A stretch of DNA of 64,000 nucleotides from Oceanispirochaeta sp. (GTDB lineage Bacteria > Spirochaetota > Spirochaetia > DSM-2461): the NCBI GenBank assembly GCA_963666275.2, contig CAXXOA010000001.1:2336001-2400000 (forward strand). Reading direction: 5' to 3'. Of this stretch, positions 18,088 to 28,440 are shown in pieces (position 1 is the stretch's first letter; each line of letters opens with the position of its first letter). The notes beneath the pieces are model-generated. The model was not told the origin of the DNA. It made no database searches and was given only the letters and a program-made list of their open reading frames with translations. Position numbers and translations under genes: made by a program.

Positions 18088-19043
18088 GGCCGGGTCTCCC
18101 TGTTCAAATCAAAGGAAACGGAGATTTCCCGGGGAGAGTATTTGAGAACAGTGACTCCCGAAGGCACATCGGCCCTGATGGGAAGAGTATATGTTCCGGG
18201 AGTCCTTATATCCGAGCAGTCCAGAAAAAAATGAAAATCCCGGGGCCTGAGAGTTTCAAGGAGGAGCTGACTCCCCTGCATTGTCAGGGAGATCTCGGGA
18301 AGGGCATCGGTAATCACAAGGTTTTCAGCCATGTCCACCGTAATGATCGGCTGATTTGTCATTGTCTGAACAATAACAGACTCATCCACCACGCCGCGGA
18401 TCTCAACAATATCCCCTCCGGGGAAATAGACATTCTCACCCGGAGAAACCAGGCGCGTGGAGAGTGAAAAATCATCGTACCTGTTGGTCAGGTCCACCTC
18501 TTCGGTACTGATGGACTGAATCGATTCCATCTGACTCCGGGGGCCCTGAACCATGATGGTGGAGGGTGAGATAAAATACTGAACCAGTTCATACCCGTTG
18601 GGGGGAAATCCCACCATAACAGGCACAACTTCCAGGCTTTTTATAATCTTCTCCTCCTGGTAGATGGTGATCTCTTCAGGCTCTACACGGATCTCTATGG
18701 TATCTTCCGACAGGGGCAGCCGGGAATCGAAACGGATCTCCACAGGCTGCCGGAAAGTCCCCTCGGATGCGGCGTCACTGAAATTGGCCACAGCGCTTAT
18801 CTCGTTGTCCAGCACTGAGAAGATCTGTTCCTGAGACCCCCGGAGAGAGATCCTCACATTCCGGGGATAGTTTCCTGTGACCGTGAAGTTATCATCCGTC
18901 ACAATGGTCAGGGGAATGCTCAGAGACCGTTCTTCGAGAGTATTGATCTGATACATCAGGGCCAGAAGGACCGCGGCCAGAATGGAAATAATCTTTGCCA
19001 TCCAGTTATCGAAGATCGACCGGAAGAAGTGACTTCTGCTCAA
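18084..19043 (-). CDS. cdaR: CdaR/YbbR-like diadenylate cyclase regulator
   Basis: NWMAKIISILAAVLL TM followed by YbbR-like repeats; directly after cdaA. Confidence 0.85.
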   Translation of the reverse strand: MSRSHFFRSIFDNWMAKIISILAAVLLALMYQINTLEERSLSIPLTIVTDDNFTVTGNYPRNVRISLRGSQEQIFSVLDNEISAVANFSDAASEGTFRQPVEIRFDSRLPLSEDTIEIRVEPEEITIYQEEKIIKSLEVVPVMVGFPPNGYELVQYFISPSTIMVQGPRSQMESIQSISTEEVDLTNRYDDFSLSTRLVSPGENVYFPGGDIVEIRGVVDESVIVQTMTNQPIITVDMAENLVITDALPEISLTMQGSQLLLETLRPRDFHFFLDCSDIRTPGTYTLPIRADVPSGVTVLKYSPREISVSFDLNRETRP

Positions 19044-19838
19044 CTATAGACCTCCTGGTTCGTCAATAGAGTCTTCACGGAGATTCAGAAGCTGCCTCAG
19101 CCTGTGCCTGACCTCTTCTGCGGAAAGAGCATAGAAGATATGGGAGTCATAGGCCAGAGAGAGGGCTCCCGTCTCTTCGGAAACCACAAGGATCACCGCA
19201 TCAGTCTCTTCGGCCAGTCCCAGGGCAGCCCTGTGGCGTGTTCCGAAACTCCTGCGGATATCGGGCTGCCGGGAAAGGGGGAGGAAACATCCCGCTGCGG
19301 CAATTCTTCCATTCTGCACCACCACAGCTCCGTCATGAAGCGGAGTATCATGTCCGAAGATCGTGATCAGCAGACTGGAGGACATATCCGCATTCAGTTT
19401 GGTTCCTGTATCTACAATATTTTTCAGTCCCACATTACGGGAAAAGACAATAAGGGCTCCCCGTCTTTTCCCCGAAAGAACCTCTCCCGCCCCAATAATG
19501 GCGTCCATCTGGAGCGTCCTGTTGCGGGACTGGATTTTAAACAGATCCCGCTGGCCGATCCGGGTGAAGATACTCCTCAGTTCGGGCTGGAAGACGATAG
19601 CCACACCGATAAAGATTCCCGGAGCCAGCATATTGAGGATCCACAGAAGTGTATTCAGCTGAAGGAGCCAGGCCGCCAGATAGACCAGGGCGAGAATGGA
19701 GGCTCCCTTGAGGAGCTGTATCGCCTGGGTCTCCTCCATAATGCTGTAGGCTTTATAGAGGAGAAACGCCAGGAGGGCTATATCGATAAAAGGACGGATA
19801 ACCTCTTCCAGTATCCAGGTATTCATCAGCCAGTCCAT
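19044..19838 (-). CDS. cdaA: Diadenylate cyclase CdaA
   Basis: Three TM helices, VFQPELR, PLHDGA, GTRHRAA, VSEETG. Confidence 0.95.
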   Translation of the reverse strand: MDWLMNTWILEEVIRPFIDIALLAFLLYKAYSIMEETQAIQLLKGASILALVYLAAWLLQLNTLLWILNMLAPGIFIGVAIVFQPELRSIFTRIGQRDLFKIQSRNRTLQMDAIIGAGEVLSGKRRGALIVFSRNVGLKNIVDTGTKLNADMSSSLLITIFGHDTPLHDGAVVVQNGRIAAAGCFLPLSRQPDIRRSFGTRHRAALGLAEETDAVILVVSEETGALSLAYDSHIFYALSAEEVRHRLRQLLNLREDSIDEPGGL

Positions 19839-20653
19839 TGGATCTCCTTCAGAATACGCACCATGTCGACGGTTTCTCTCACATCATGGACCCGGAGTAT
19901 ATCCGCACCGTGAAGAGCACACCAGGCATTGGCAGCCAGAGAACCGATGAGCCTCTCTTCCGGAGGGGCTCCTCCCAGGATATTTCCTATAAAGGTTTTG
20001 CGGGAAAGCCCCATCAGGACGGGATACCCCTCCCTGCCGAACTCTTCAAGATGCTTCAGCAGCGCCAGGTTGTCCTCCTGCCTCTTGCCGAAACCGATGC
20101 CCGGATCCAGTATGAGATTCTCCTTTCTGACTCCTGCGGCGATGGCTTTCTCCGCAATATCCAGAAGGAAGCTTTTCACTTCCCCCACCACATCGCTGTA
20201 GACGGGGTGTTTCTGCATTTTATCGGGAGTTCCCTGCATATGCATGATACAGACGGGACACTGCCTTTCCGCAGCCAGCGAAACCATAGCCGGATCATCC
20301 CGGAGGGCGGATATATCGTTAATAATGTCGGCCCCCGCATCCAGGGCCTGTTCGGCCACAGCGCTTTTTCTTGTATCTACGGAAATCAGGATCCCCTCGG
20401 ATTCGGGGAGTGCCCGGATAGCTCTGACAACAGGAATGACCCGTTCCAGCTCTTCCTCTCTATCCACATAGGAGGACCCGGGACGGGTGGATTCTCCTCC
20501 CACATCCAGAATGACAGCCCCCTGGTGTATCATGGTCAAAGCGGTCTGAGCCGCTTCCCGGGGAAGGCTTTTCCGGCTGCCTGAGAAGAAGGAATCGGGA
20601 GTACAGTTTATAATTCCCATTACATGGGGAACAGGAGTTTTCAGTTCAATCAT
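19826..20653 (-). CDS. folP: Dihydropteroate synthase
   Basis: MGIINCTPDSF, DVGGESTRPG, DPGIGFGK, SRK, RVHDV. Confidence 0.97.
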   Translation of the reverse strand: MIELKTPVPHVMGIINCTPDSFFSGSRKSLPREAAQTALTMIHQGAVILDVGGESTRPGSSYVDREEELERVIPVVRAIRALPESEGILISVDTRKSAVAEQALDAGADIINDISALRDDPAMVSLAAERQCPVCIMHMQGTPDKMQKHPVYSDVVGEVKSFLLDIAEKAIAAGVRKENLILDPGIGFGKRQEDNLALLKHLEEFGREGYPVLMGLSRKTFIGNILGGAPPEERLIGSLAANAWCALHGADILRVHDVRETVDMVRILKEIQWTG

Positions 20654-20724
20654 GGTCAGTTAAAGGATACACCATACCCTATATTTTTAAAAGCAGTAGG
20701 ATTTTTCTTTTTTCGGGAGCCTGA

Positions 20725-22113
20725 TCAATCCTCCAGGATGATGATCTCTACCCGGCGGTTCATCCTGCGGCCCTGATCGGTCGCGTTATCCCCCAGAGGT
20801 TCCAGACCTCCCACACCGGAATACAGGAACCGTTCCGGATCGATCCCTCTTGAAGAGAGTTCATCCACAATGGTCTTAGCCCGCACCTGGGAGAGATCAA
20901 TCTGAGACTCCAGAGATCCTACATCGGCCGTATGGCCTTTCACAAGAAATGTTCTGTCGGGAACTTTCTGAAGGATTTCCGCCAGAGTATCGAGAAGAGG
21001 AATATCTTCTGAGAGCAGGACGGCCTGATCCGGAAGGAAATGGAGATCCTTCAGGTTCAAAGCCAGTCCTTCCGGCTTCTGCTCCACAGAGACCTGTTCC
21101 TGCCATCCCCCGGACTCACCCGGTGCTCCCAGAGCGGCAATGGAGTCCTCCAGAGAGCCGCGATCTCCCCGGGGATCCCCGGATTCAGCGGATGATCCTG
21201 CAGATTGACCCTCCTCCTGGGGAACCTCTCCTCCCAGAGCATCCGCCAGAGCGGTCTGTACCTCCCTGGAGAGTCCTGATCTGTCCAGCAGAGTAATCCC
21301 TTTATAGAAGGTCAGAAGAAACCCCTTTTCCCGCAGGGTCGTGCCGTCTGAAAAAAGGTACTCCTCCTCCATGATATCTTTCATGAGGAGAAACTCCCGG
21401 GTCTCCTGATCGATCATCAGGGCCACCACATGTTTTCCTGTCAGATTCCTGAGAAAACTGTCCGCTTCGGGAGAACGTCCGGGACGGTATCGTGCCGCGT
21501 ACTGGGCTTTGATCACATAGACTGGCCGGCCTTCCCAGCTGTCTGTCCCTTCGAAGGTATATTCACAGTAAAGGGGAAGAACCGCACGGGAACGGCCGTC
21601 AGGGGAGGTTACGACCATCTCCAGACCGGCTTCCCATTTATCTCCCGGAAACACAGGTTCTTCGGGAAAGGTGGGAAAGGAACGAAGCCTCGGCCACTGT
21701 TGGCCGGACACAAGCATAAATCCCCTGTCACTGGCTGTAAAAACGGTGTCGGCTTCGCCTTTGAGGGCCGCCGCGACTTTAAACCCGTTTTTTGAGGTCT
21801 CTTCCAGGTCATAGACACGGCCGGTGATCCTGTAAAGCCCCTCTCCCTGGGGAACCGCTTCGTAAAGGGCCCGGTTCTCCCTGTAGACATGCCCCCGGTA
21901 ACTGCCGTTGACGTACTGACTCAGATTGAATTTCTCGATGACCCTGTATTTGTCTGCCGGTTCAAATGAGAACTGAACCCCCTGCCCCTCCTGAGCCGGA
22001 AGCGGGGAGAGACAGGACAGGAGAAAAAAAAAGACTTTATGACTCTTTTTTCTCAAGAGTCGACGTTTTGATAAAACGGGCACTTGTAAATTCCTTTGGT
22101 TTAATCCGGACAC
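20725..22113 (-). CDS. OmpA-like peptidoglycan-binding domain protein (start uncertain)
   Basis: C-terminal GHTAD...LSQVRA...NRRVEI. Confidence 0.85.
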   Translation of the reverse strand: MSGLNQRNLQVPVLSKRRLLRKKSHKVFFFLLSCLSPLPAQEGQGVQFSFEPADKYRVIEKFNLSQYVNGSYRGHVYRENRALYEAVPQGEGLYRITGRVYDLEETSKNGFKVAAALKGEADTVFTASDRGFMLVSGQQWPRLRSFPTFPEEPVFPGDKWEAGLEMVVTSPDGRSRAVLPLYCEYTFEGTDSWEGRPVYVIKAQYAARYRPGRSPEADSFLRNLTGKHVVALMIDQETREFLLMKDIMEEEYLFSDGTTLREKGFLLTFYKGITLLDRSGLSREVQTALADALGGEVPQEEGQSAGSSAESGDPRGDRGSLEDSIAALGAPGESGGWQEQVSVEQKPEGLALNLKDLHFLPDQAVLLSEDIPLLDTLAEILQKVPDRTFLVKGHTADVGSLESQIDLSQVRAKTIVDELSSRGIDPERFLYSGVGGLEPLGDNATDQGRRMNRRVEIIILED

Positions 22114-23971
22114 CTCTGGCTTTGACGCCTTTTACAAGATAGTCTTCCACCGGGAAGGAATCCCCTCCGGTCCGGATAAGGGTCTTCTGGACAAAATCCA
22201 CCACAACGGACACATCGGTTTTCGTGGTGAAACGGACAAACTCAGCCTCTTCGGGCAGAAGATCATATACTTTATTCAGAATATACTGGGTTATTTTACA
22301 CCGTTTTATATAGGGATAGTTGTTCTCTTTATTCCTGTAGACCACAGAGAAAACAGTGGACTCCAGGGTTTCCTTGTCTGTCAGACCGCAGTAGAGAAGC
22401 CCTTTTCCGATAAATAGCTTATCCGGTACATCGATGATCTGATAGGTACAGTCCTTCCGGATAATCAGAAGTCTGTCGTACACAGAAGCATCGCACATGA
22501 CTGTCCCGGAGGAGAGATCCGAACCGAGATAACCGGTGTCTTTATTATAGCGGATCTTAAGGTTTTTCTGAGCCGCATCCCGGATATCCACTTTTTCGAT
22601 GGTCATGATCTCGGTTTTTCTCTTCTGGGATTTTTTATGCTTGGCGATAAAACCATCCAGAGTGGAGATCGCATATTCCACGATATTTTTAAGGTGTCCA
22701 CGGATTTCCTTCAGCCGTGCATTGATCTCTTCCACCTCTTTTTTCATCTTGTTGATGTCATAGAGAGAGATACGGCGGATGGGAATTTTAAGGAGTCTTT
22801 CTATATCCTCTTCCAGAATATCCCGTTTGATCTCCTTCATAAATGGAGCGAATCCGTCCCGGACAGCCAGGAAGATGGATTCGGGTGTTTTCATCTGTTC
22901 GATCCGTTTGTAAATTCTCTCTTCGATAAAAATCCTTTCCAGAGTCCGGGCATGAAGCTTATCCAGCAGCTGCCCTTCCTCCAGTTTCAGTTCCTGTTTG
23001 AGGATAACCACCAGCTGTTCCGCATGATGGCCGATAACCTCGGGAATAGTCATCACTTCGGGATTATTATCTTTTATGAGCAGAAGATTCACAGAGATGG
23101 AAACTTCGCAGTCCGTAAAGGCATAAAGTCCTTCCAGAACATCCGCTGTGTGGACTCCCCGGGGGAGCTTTATCTCGATCTCAACATGATCAGTGGTAAA
23201 ATCATTGATACTTCCGATCTTGATCTTATTTTTCCGGGCGGCATTTTCCACCGAGGCTATCAGAGACTCTGTGGTAGAACCGAAAGGGAGCTCCCTGATT
23301 GTTATCTTTTTCGGGTCTGAAGTATCCAGCCTGGCTCTGGAGAGAACCTTTCCATTCCCCTGCCTGTATTCGGAAACATCCACCAGCCCTCCCGTGGGAA
23401 AGTCGGGATACAATTCGTATGCCTCCCCTCGGAGACAGGATTTTTCCGCTTCCAGGACCTCAATCAGATTATGGGGCAGAATCCTTGTAGACATTCCCAC
23501 AGCAATTCCCTCGGCTCCCAGAATCAGGGGCATGGGGATTTTACTGGGCAGGGTGACAGGCTCTTTCCTTCTGCCGTCATAGGAGTCTTCAAACTCCGTA
23601 ATCTCCGGATTGAACAGGACCTCCCTGGCAAAAGGCAGCATCCGGCACTCAATGTACCTGGCGGCAGATGCGGGGTCTCCTGTAAAGATATTACCGAAGT
23701 TTCCCTGTTTGTCTATGAACAGTTCCTTGTTGGCAAGATTGACTAGAGCTCCGTATATGGAGGCGTCCCCATGGGGATGGTACTGCATACAGTGACCGAC
23801 CACATTGGCTACTTTGTGAAATTTCCCGTCGTCCACATCAAACAGGGACTGCAGTATCCGGCGCTGTACCGGCTTCAGACCGTCTTTCAAATGGGGAATG
23901 GCCCTGTCCTTGATAACATAGGAGGCGTACTCTATAAAATTGGTATCAAAAAGTCCGTTGATATATGCCAT
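22037..23971 (-). CDS. parC: DNA topoisomerase IV subunit A
   Basis: DGLKPVQRRIL, YHPHGD, AARYIE; short C-terminus, no GyrA box seen. Confidence 0.9.
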   Translation of the reverse strand: MAYINGLFDTNFIEYASYVIKDRAIPHLKDGLKPVQRRILQSLFDVDDGKFHKVANVVGHCMQYHPHGDASIYGALVNLANKELFIDKQGNFGNIFTGDPASAARYIECRMLPFAREVLFNPEITEFEDSYDGRRKEPVTLPSKIPMPLILGAEGIAVGMSTRILPHNLIEVLEAEKSCLRGEAYELYPDFPTGGLVDVSEYRQGNGKVLSRARLDTSDPKKITIRELPFGSTTESLIASVENAARKNKIKIGSINDFTTDHVEIEIKLPRGVHTADVLEGLYAFTDCEVSISVNLLLIKDNNPEVMTIPEVIGHHAEQLVVILKQELKLEEGQLLDKLHARTLERIFIEERIYKRIEQMKTPESIFLAVRDGFAPFMKEIKRDILEEDIERLLKIPIRRISLYDINKMKKEVEEINARLKEIRGHLKNIVEYAISTLDGFIAKHKKSQKRKTEIMTIEKVDIRDAAQKNLKIRYNKDTGYLGSDLSSGTVMCDASVYDRLLIIRKDCTYQIIDVPDKLFIGKGLLYCGLTDKETLESTVFSVVYRNKENNYPYIKRCKITQYILNKVYDLLPEEAEFVRFTTKTDVSVVVDFVQKTLIRTGGDSFPVEDYLVKGVKARGVRIKPKEFTSARFIKTSTLEKKES

Positions 23972-25767
23972 CAGACAAGATTCTCCATAATGTATTTCCG
24001 TCTGTCCGGAGTGTTTTTACCCATGTAGAATTCCAGCAGTCCCGGAACCTCTTTCATGGATTTGATATTGACCGGGACGATCCTGATATCCTCACCGATA
24101 AACTGCCCGAACTCTTTGGGTGAAATCTCTCCCAGACCTTTAAACCGGGTCACTTCAGGCCCCCGCAGCGAGGCCATGGCTTTATCCCGCTCTTTTTCAT
24201 TATAGCAGTAAATAGTCTTCTGCTTGTTCCGGACCCGGAACAGGGGCGTTTCCAGAATATAGACATGATCGGCAAGTACAAGCTCTTCAAAATAGTTCAG
24301 GAAGAATGTCAGCAGCAGATTCCGGATATGGAATCCATCCGTATCCGCATCCGTGGCAAGAACAATCCGTTCATACCTCAGATCATCTATGGAGTTTTCT
24401 ATTCCCAGAGCCATCATGAGATTGTAAAGCTCTTCATTCCGGTAGATTTCGGTCTGCTTCTTACCAAAGGTATTCCAGGGTTTACCCCGGAGAGAATAGA
24501 TAGCCTGCAGATACACATCCCGGCAGGAGACCATAGACCCCGTTGCGGACTGTCCCTCGGTAATAAAGATGGTAGACCCCTCCCCTTTGGGACCGTCCTG
24601 CCTGTGGTACTTGCAGTCCTTCAGCTTGGGGATGTTCAATGAGATCTTCTTGGATGCGGCTTTGGCCTCTTTCTTGACAGCATTGAGTTCTTTCCGGAGT
24701 TTCTCATTGGTAATGATCTTGTTTTCCATCGCACGGGCGGCTTCCTGATTTTTATGAAGGAAGTCTACAATTCCGGCTTTCGTTTCATTCACAATCCAGC
24801 TGCGGATATCAGAGTTCCCCAGCTTGTTCTTTGTCTGGCTTTCAAAGACAGGATCTTTTATTTTAACTGCAATGGCACCTGCCATCCCCTCCCGGACATC
24901 CGTTCCGGAGTAGTTCTTCTTGAAAAAGTCGTTCACTCCTTTGAGGAGCCCTTCGCGGAAAGCGCTGAGATGAGTCCCTCCGTCGGAGGTATACTGACCG
25001 TTTACAAAGGAGAAATAGCTCTCACCGTAGGTTCTGGTGTGGGTAAAGGCGCATTCTATTTTATCATTCTGGCTATAGCCGATATCGTAGAGGGTGTCCT
25101 CACCGACCTCGGCATGGAGGAGGTCCCACAAACCTTTTTTGGATTCAAATTTCTGTTTGTTGAAGTAGAGTCGAAGCCCCTTGTTCAGACAGGCATAGTT
25201 CCAGCATCTCTGTTCCAGGAACTCGTGATTGAAGATGTATTCACCGAAGATCTCCACATCGGGAATGAACTCTACAAAGGTTCCGTTCGGTTCATCCGGA
25301 GCAGACCCCTTCTTCTCTTTGATGAGACGGCCCTGCTGGAAGTAGGCCTCCGCATACTTTCCGTCCCGGAAGGCTCTTACCAGAAAATGGGATGACAGGG
25401 CATTTACGGCTTTGGTTCCCACACCGTTAAGGCCCACACTGAACTGAAAAACATCATCGTTGTATTTGGCACCGGTGTTGATGATAGAGACACAATCGAC
25501 AATCTTGCCCAGAGGAATTCCCCGCCCCTGGTCTCTAACCTGGACTTTATTATCTTCCAGAGTTATATCAACCCGGTTTCCGAAGCCCATGATGAACTCA
25601 TCAATGGCATTGTCCACAACTTCTTTGATTAATATATATATACCGTCGTCCGGATTAGATCCGTTACCCAGACGGCCGATATACATACCTGACCTCAAAC
25701 GGATATGTTCCAGGGAACTGAGGGTTTTTATCTTACTTTCATCATAAACACTCTTTTTGGCACTCAT
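23971..25767 (-). CDS. parE: DNA topoisomerase IV subunit B
   Basis: EHIRLRSGMYIG, EVVDNAIDE, GLNGVG, TEGQSA, TDADTDG, RFKGLGE; ATG 25767 preferred. Confidence 0.9.
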   Translation of the reverse strand: MSAKKSVYDESKIKTLSSLEHIRLRSGMYIGRLGNGSNPDDGIYILIKEVVDNAIDEFIMGFGNRVDITLEDNKVQVRDQGRGIPLGKIVDCVSIINTGAKYNDDVFQFSVGLNGVGTKAVNALSSHFLVRAFRDGKYAEAYFQQGRLIKEKKGSAPDEPNGTFVEFIPDVEIFGEYIFNHEFLEQRCWNYACLNKGLRLYFNKQKFESKKGLWDLLHAEVGEDTLYDIGYSQNDKIECAFTHTRTYGESYFSFVNGQYTSDGGTHLSAFREGLLKGVNDFFKKNYSGTDVREGMAGAIAVKIKDPVFESQTKNKLGNSDIRSWIVNETKAGIVDFLHKNQEAARAMENKIITNEKLRKELNAVKKEAKAASKKISLNIPKLKDCKYHRQDGPKGEGSTIFITEGQSATGSMVSCRDVYLQAIYSLRGKPWNTFGKKQTEIYRNEELYNLMMALGIENSIDDLRYERIVLATDADTDGFHIRNLLLTFFLNYFEELVLADHVYILETPLFRVRNKQKTIYCYNEKERDKAMASLRGPEVTRFKGLGEISPKEFGQFIGEDIRIVPVNIKSMKEVPGLLEFYMGKNTPDRRKYIMENLV

Positions 25768-25828
25768 AGCCAGGAATGATAAAAGCTGTCCAGACTTTTG
25801 TAAAGTAGAGAGATAAATGAATGATCTT

Positions 25829-26455
25829 TCACGAGGCAATCAAACCCTTCAGCTGACTGGCAAGGGGTGCAAAGAATCTGTCCATCATCTCTTTTTCAGA
25901 GGGGAAGGTTTCCCGGGGATCCTGGAAGACAGCGCAGCAGCATCTGCCCAGTTCAGACAGGTACATTTTCAGAACCTCTTCAAGCATAAAGAAAATAAGG
26001 TCTTCCAGAGTATCTTCTCCGGATATATGACCTTTTCTGACAGCCTGATTCTTCAGCAGACATATGATGTTGCTGTTCAGAGTTCCGAGCCCCTTCAGGA
26101 CATCTTCCGTACTCTGTCCTTCCATCTCCAGTAAATCCATCAGATATGCCACTGTACCGGTATTGCTGCGGCAGTAACGGTAGAACATGATGAGAACCAT
26201 TTTCATGGAATGCAGAAAATCCCTGTCCGAACGGTCCAGATTGACAAGAGTATTTTCCGCTGAAATTAAAATGGCTGAAATGAGTTCCGCGGGAACCGGC
26301 AGGTCATTGCTGTTTTTTTTCACAAAAAACACAGCCGGACGAAAGTTTAGCGCCGATCGCGGCTGCTGCAGAAAGATATTCCTGTCGTAGTCCTGCATAC
26401 CTGCTTTATCAGCATCCGGAAACATCCTGTAAATTTTAGCCTGCATACGCCCCAC
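25829..26455 (-). CDS. Hypothetical protein
   Basis: 208 aa ORF filling the gap between parE and fprA; no recognised motif. Confidence 0.55.
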   Translation of the reverse strand: MGRMQAKIYRMFPDADKAGMQDYDRNIFLQQPRSALNFRPAVFFVKKNSNDLPVPAELISAILISAENTLVNLDRSDRDFLHSMKMVLIMFYRYCRSNTGTVAYLMDLLEMEGQSTEDVLKGLGTLNSNIICLLKNQAVRKGHISGEDTLEDLIFFMLEEVLKMYLSELGRCCCAVFQDPRETFPSEKEMMDRFFAPLASQLKGLIAS

Positions 26456-26640
26456 TCCCCTTTTCTGTTATTAATAGTATGCCGTCATCTTCACACAATT
26501 TCCACATAAAACACACGTATTCTTTTATTTTCACATAACTTCTTCACATAAAAGGAGAAAAAAAAGGAGAAATCCCGGATTTACCGTGAATTTCTCCTAT
26601 TATCAATCAAAAGATTACTGATGAATCAGGGGGTGCCCTT

Positions 26641-27873
26641 TCAGTCGCACTCTCCGCCGGCAAACTGTTTCACAAGCCGGGCCAGTTCCTGACCTCTTTC
26701 AAAAGCCTTTTTCTTCTCTTCCTCTCCGGGAGCGCCCTGCCATTCCACAGACTCAAGGAATTCCCAGTTCAGTTTCTCTGTAGAAACACCCAGTTCCTTT
26801 TCCGCCCCTCCGGACCATCCGAAGGAACCGAACCGGAAGGCCTTCTTGTTCTGAACCTTCTTTCTGTTGAAGTCATCGATCACATGAGCCATAGGAGGAA
26901 ACATCTGGTACTCATAGGTGGGCATCCCCAGGACAATACCTGCAGAACGCCAGGCATCGGCAAGGATGAAGCCGATATCGTCTTCAGGAACCCGGTACTG
27001 ATGGACAGGAACTTTTTCGCTCCTGATCCCTTTGATTACCTCTGTAACCACCTGCTGGGTATTCCCGTACATGCTTCCCCAGATCACGGTTATTTCAGGA
27101 CAGGCCGGCCCTTTCAGATAAGAGGCATACCTGGCATATCGCTCAACAATGATGGAAGGATTTTCCCGCCAGATGATTCCGTGAGAGGGGGCTATCATCT
27201 TGATTTCCAGTCCCTCAAGCTTTTTCAGACCCCGTTCAACAAAGACAGAAAAGGAAGCCACAATATTGGCATAGTAGCGCAGCGCTTCCTTTTCAAAAAA
27301 GGCATGTTCATCATCCGAAAGCTGATCATCAAAAACAGCGTCATTCACGCTTCCGTAGGAACCGAAAGCATCGCAGGAAAACAGAATTTTCTGACTCTGT
27401 TCATAGGTCATCATTGTTTCAGGCCAGTGAATATTGGGGGTTTCAAAAAACTGAAGGACCTTGCCGCCTCCCAGATCCAGGGTTTCCCCGTCTTCGATGG
27501 CATGGACATTCTCCTCCACGCCGGAAAACTCTTTTACAAGAGGAACAGCTTTTTTGGAACAGTACACTTCCATATGGGGATTTTTCTTTCTGAAATCCCT
27601 GAGCCAGCCCGAATGGTCCGGTTCCATATGGTTTACAATAATATAGTCAATGTTCTCAAAGCTCACATCCAGTTCTTCCATCTGGGCTGTGATACTCCCG
27701 GGAAAATCATCTTTATCCTGGGTAAGATCAATGACAGCGGTCTTGTCACCCTTCACTACATACGAGTTAATAGACGTTCCGTCGGGTATGGACCAGATTC
27801 CTTCAAAGAGATTTCCCGGTTCAATATTTACACCCAAGCGGTATATGCCATCGGCCATTTTTACTGATTTCAT
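26641..27873 (-). CDS. fprA: Flavodiiron protein (A-type flavoprotein)
   Basis: NHMEPDH, HWPE, SCDAFG, APSHG; flavodoxin SMYGNT and FGSFGWSG. Confidence 0.93.
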   Translation of the reverse strand: MKSVKMADGIYRLGVNIEPGNLFEGIWSIPDGTSINSYVVKGDKTAVIDLTQDKDDFPGSITAQMEELDVSFENIDYIIVNHMEPDHSGWLRDFRKKNPHMEVYCSKKAVPLVKEFSGVEENVHAIEDGETLDLGGGKVLQFFETPNIHWPETMMTYEQSQKILFSCDAFGSYGSVNDAVFDDQLSDDEHAFFEKEALRYYANIVASFSVFVERGLKKLEGLEIKMIAPSHGIIWRENPSIIVERYARYASYLKGPACPEITVIWGSMYGNTQQVVTEVIKGIRSEKVPVHQYRVPEDDIGFILADAWRSAGIVLGMPTYEYQMFPPMAHVIDDFNRKKVQNKKAFRFGSFGWSGGAEKELGVSTEKLNWEFLESVEWQGAPGEEEKKKAFERGQELARLVKQFAGGECD

Positions 27874-27945
27874 CGCATCACTCCTTCCTGAGATTCAAAT
27901 CTATTATTTAATACTTCACCACTATAATATAGGAGAATATTTTAC

Positions 27946-28440
27946 TCAATTCAATTTATCACCTGCTTTTGCTTTACGGAACTGCTCTTCGACCATCATC
28001 TGACGGAGAGTCCTGTCAAAGGCATTGGCAAAAGCTTTTGTCTCCCGGGGGCCGAAATTGCCTGATTTTTCATCACCCAGCCCCGCCTCACGAAGCATCT
28101 GGTTGAAATCTCTCTCAGCCAGTCTTTCCCGGACATTTTCCCTGTTATAGACGACGCCCCGGTCGTTCAGAACCGGGATATTCCTGTCGACCAGTTCTGC
28201 CGCCAGGGGAATATCCCTTGTAATGACCAGATCATGGATATCAGCATTTTCAATGATATACCGGTCAGCACTCCCTTCCTCCCGGGAGGTTATGATCTGA
28301 CGGATCCGGTCTGCTTTCCTGTTCAGGGGGAGGCTCCGGTTGGCCACAAAGTTTAAAAGGATGCCCTCCCGTATGCAGGCCCGGCAGAGGATATCCCGGA
28401 CCGGCCGGGGACAGGAGTCTCCGTCAACCCAGACTGTCAC
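27946..28440 (-). CDS. YaiI/YqxD (DUF188) family protein
   Basis: WVDGDSCP, ADRYI, VITRDIPLA. Confidence 0.9.
   Translation of the reverse strand: MTVWVDGDSCPRPVRDILCRACIREGILLNFVANRSLPLNRKADRIRQIITSREEGSADRYIIENADIHDLVITRDIPLAAELVDRNIPVLNDRGVVYNRENVRERLAERDFNQMLREAGLGDEKSGNFGPRETKAFANAFDRTLRQMMVEEQFRKAKAGDKLN

Noticed and set aside
18084..19838. cdaA-cdaR as a novel signalling or defence system
   Set aside because: A well-known housekeeping c-di-AMP module in its usual context.
22037..25767. DNA gyrase gyrBA
   Set aside because: Short subunits with no GyrA box seen; fits spirochaete-type topoisomerase IV.
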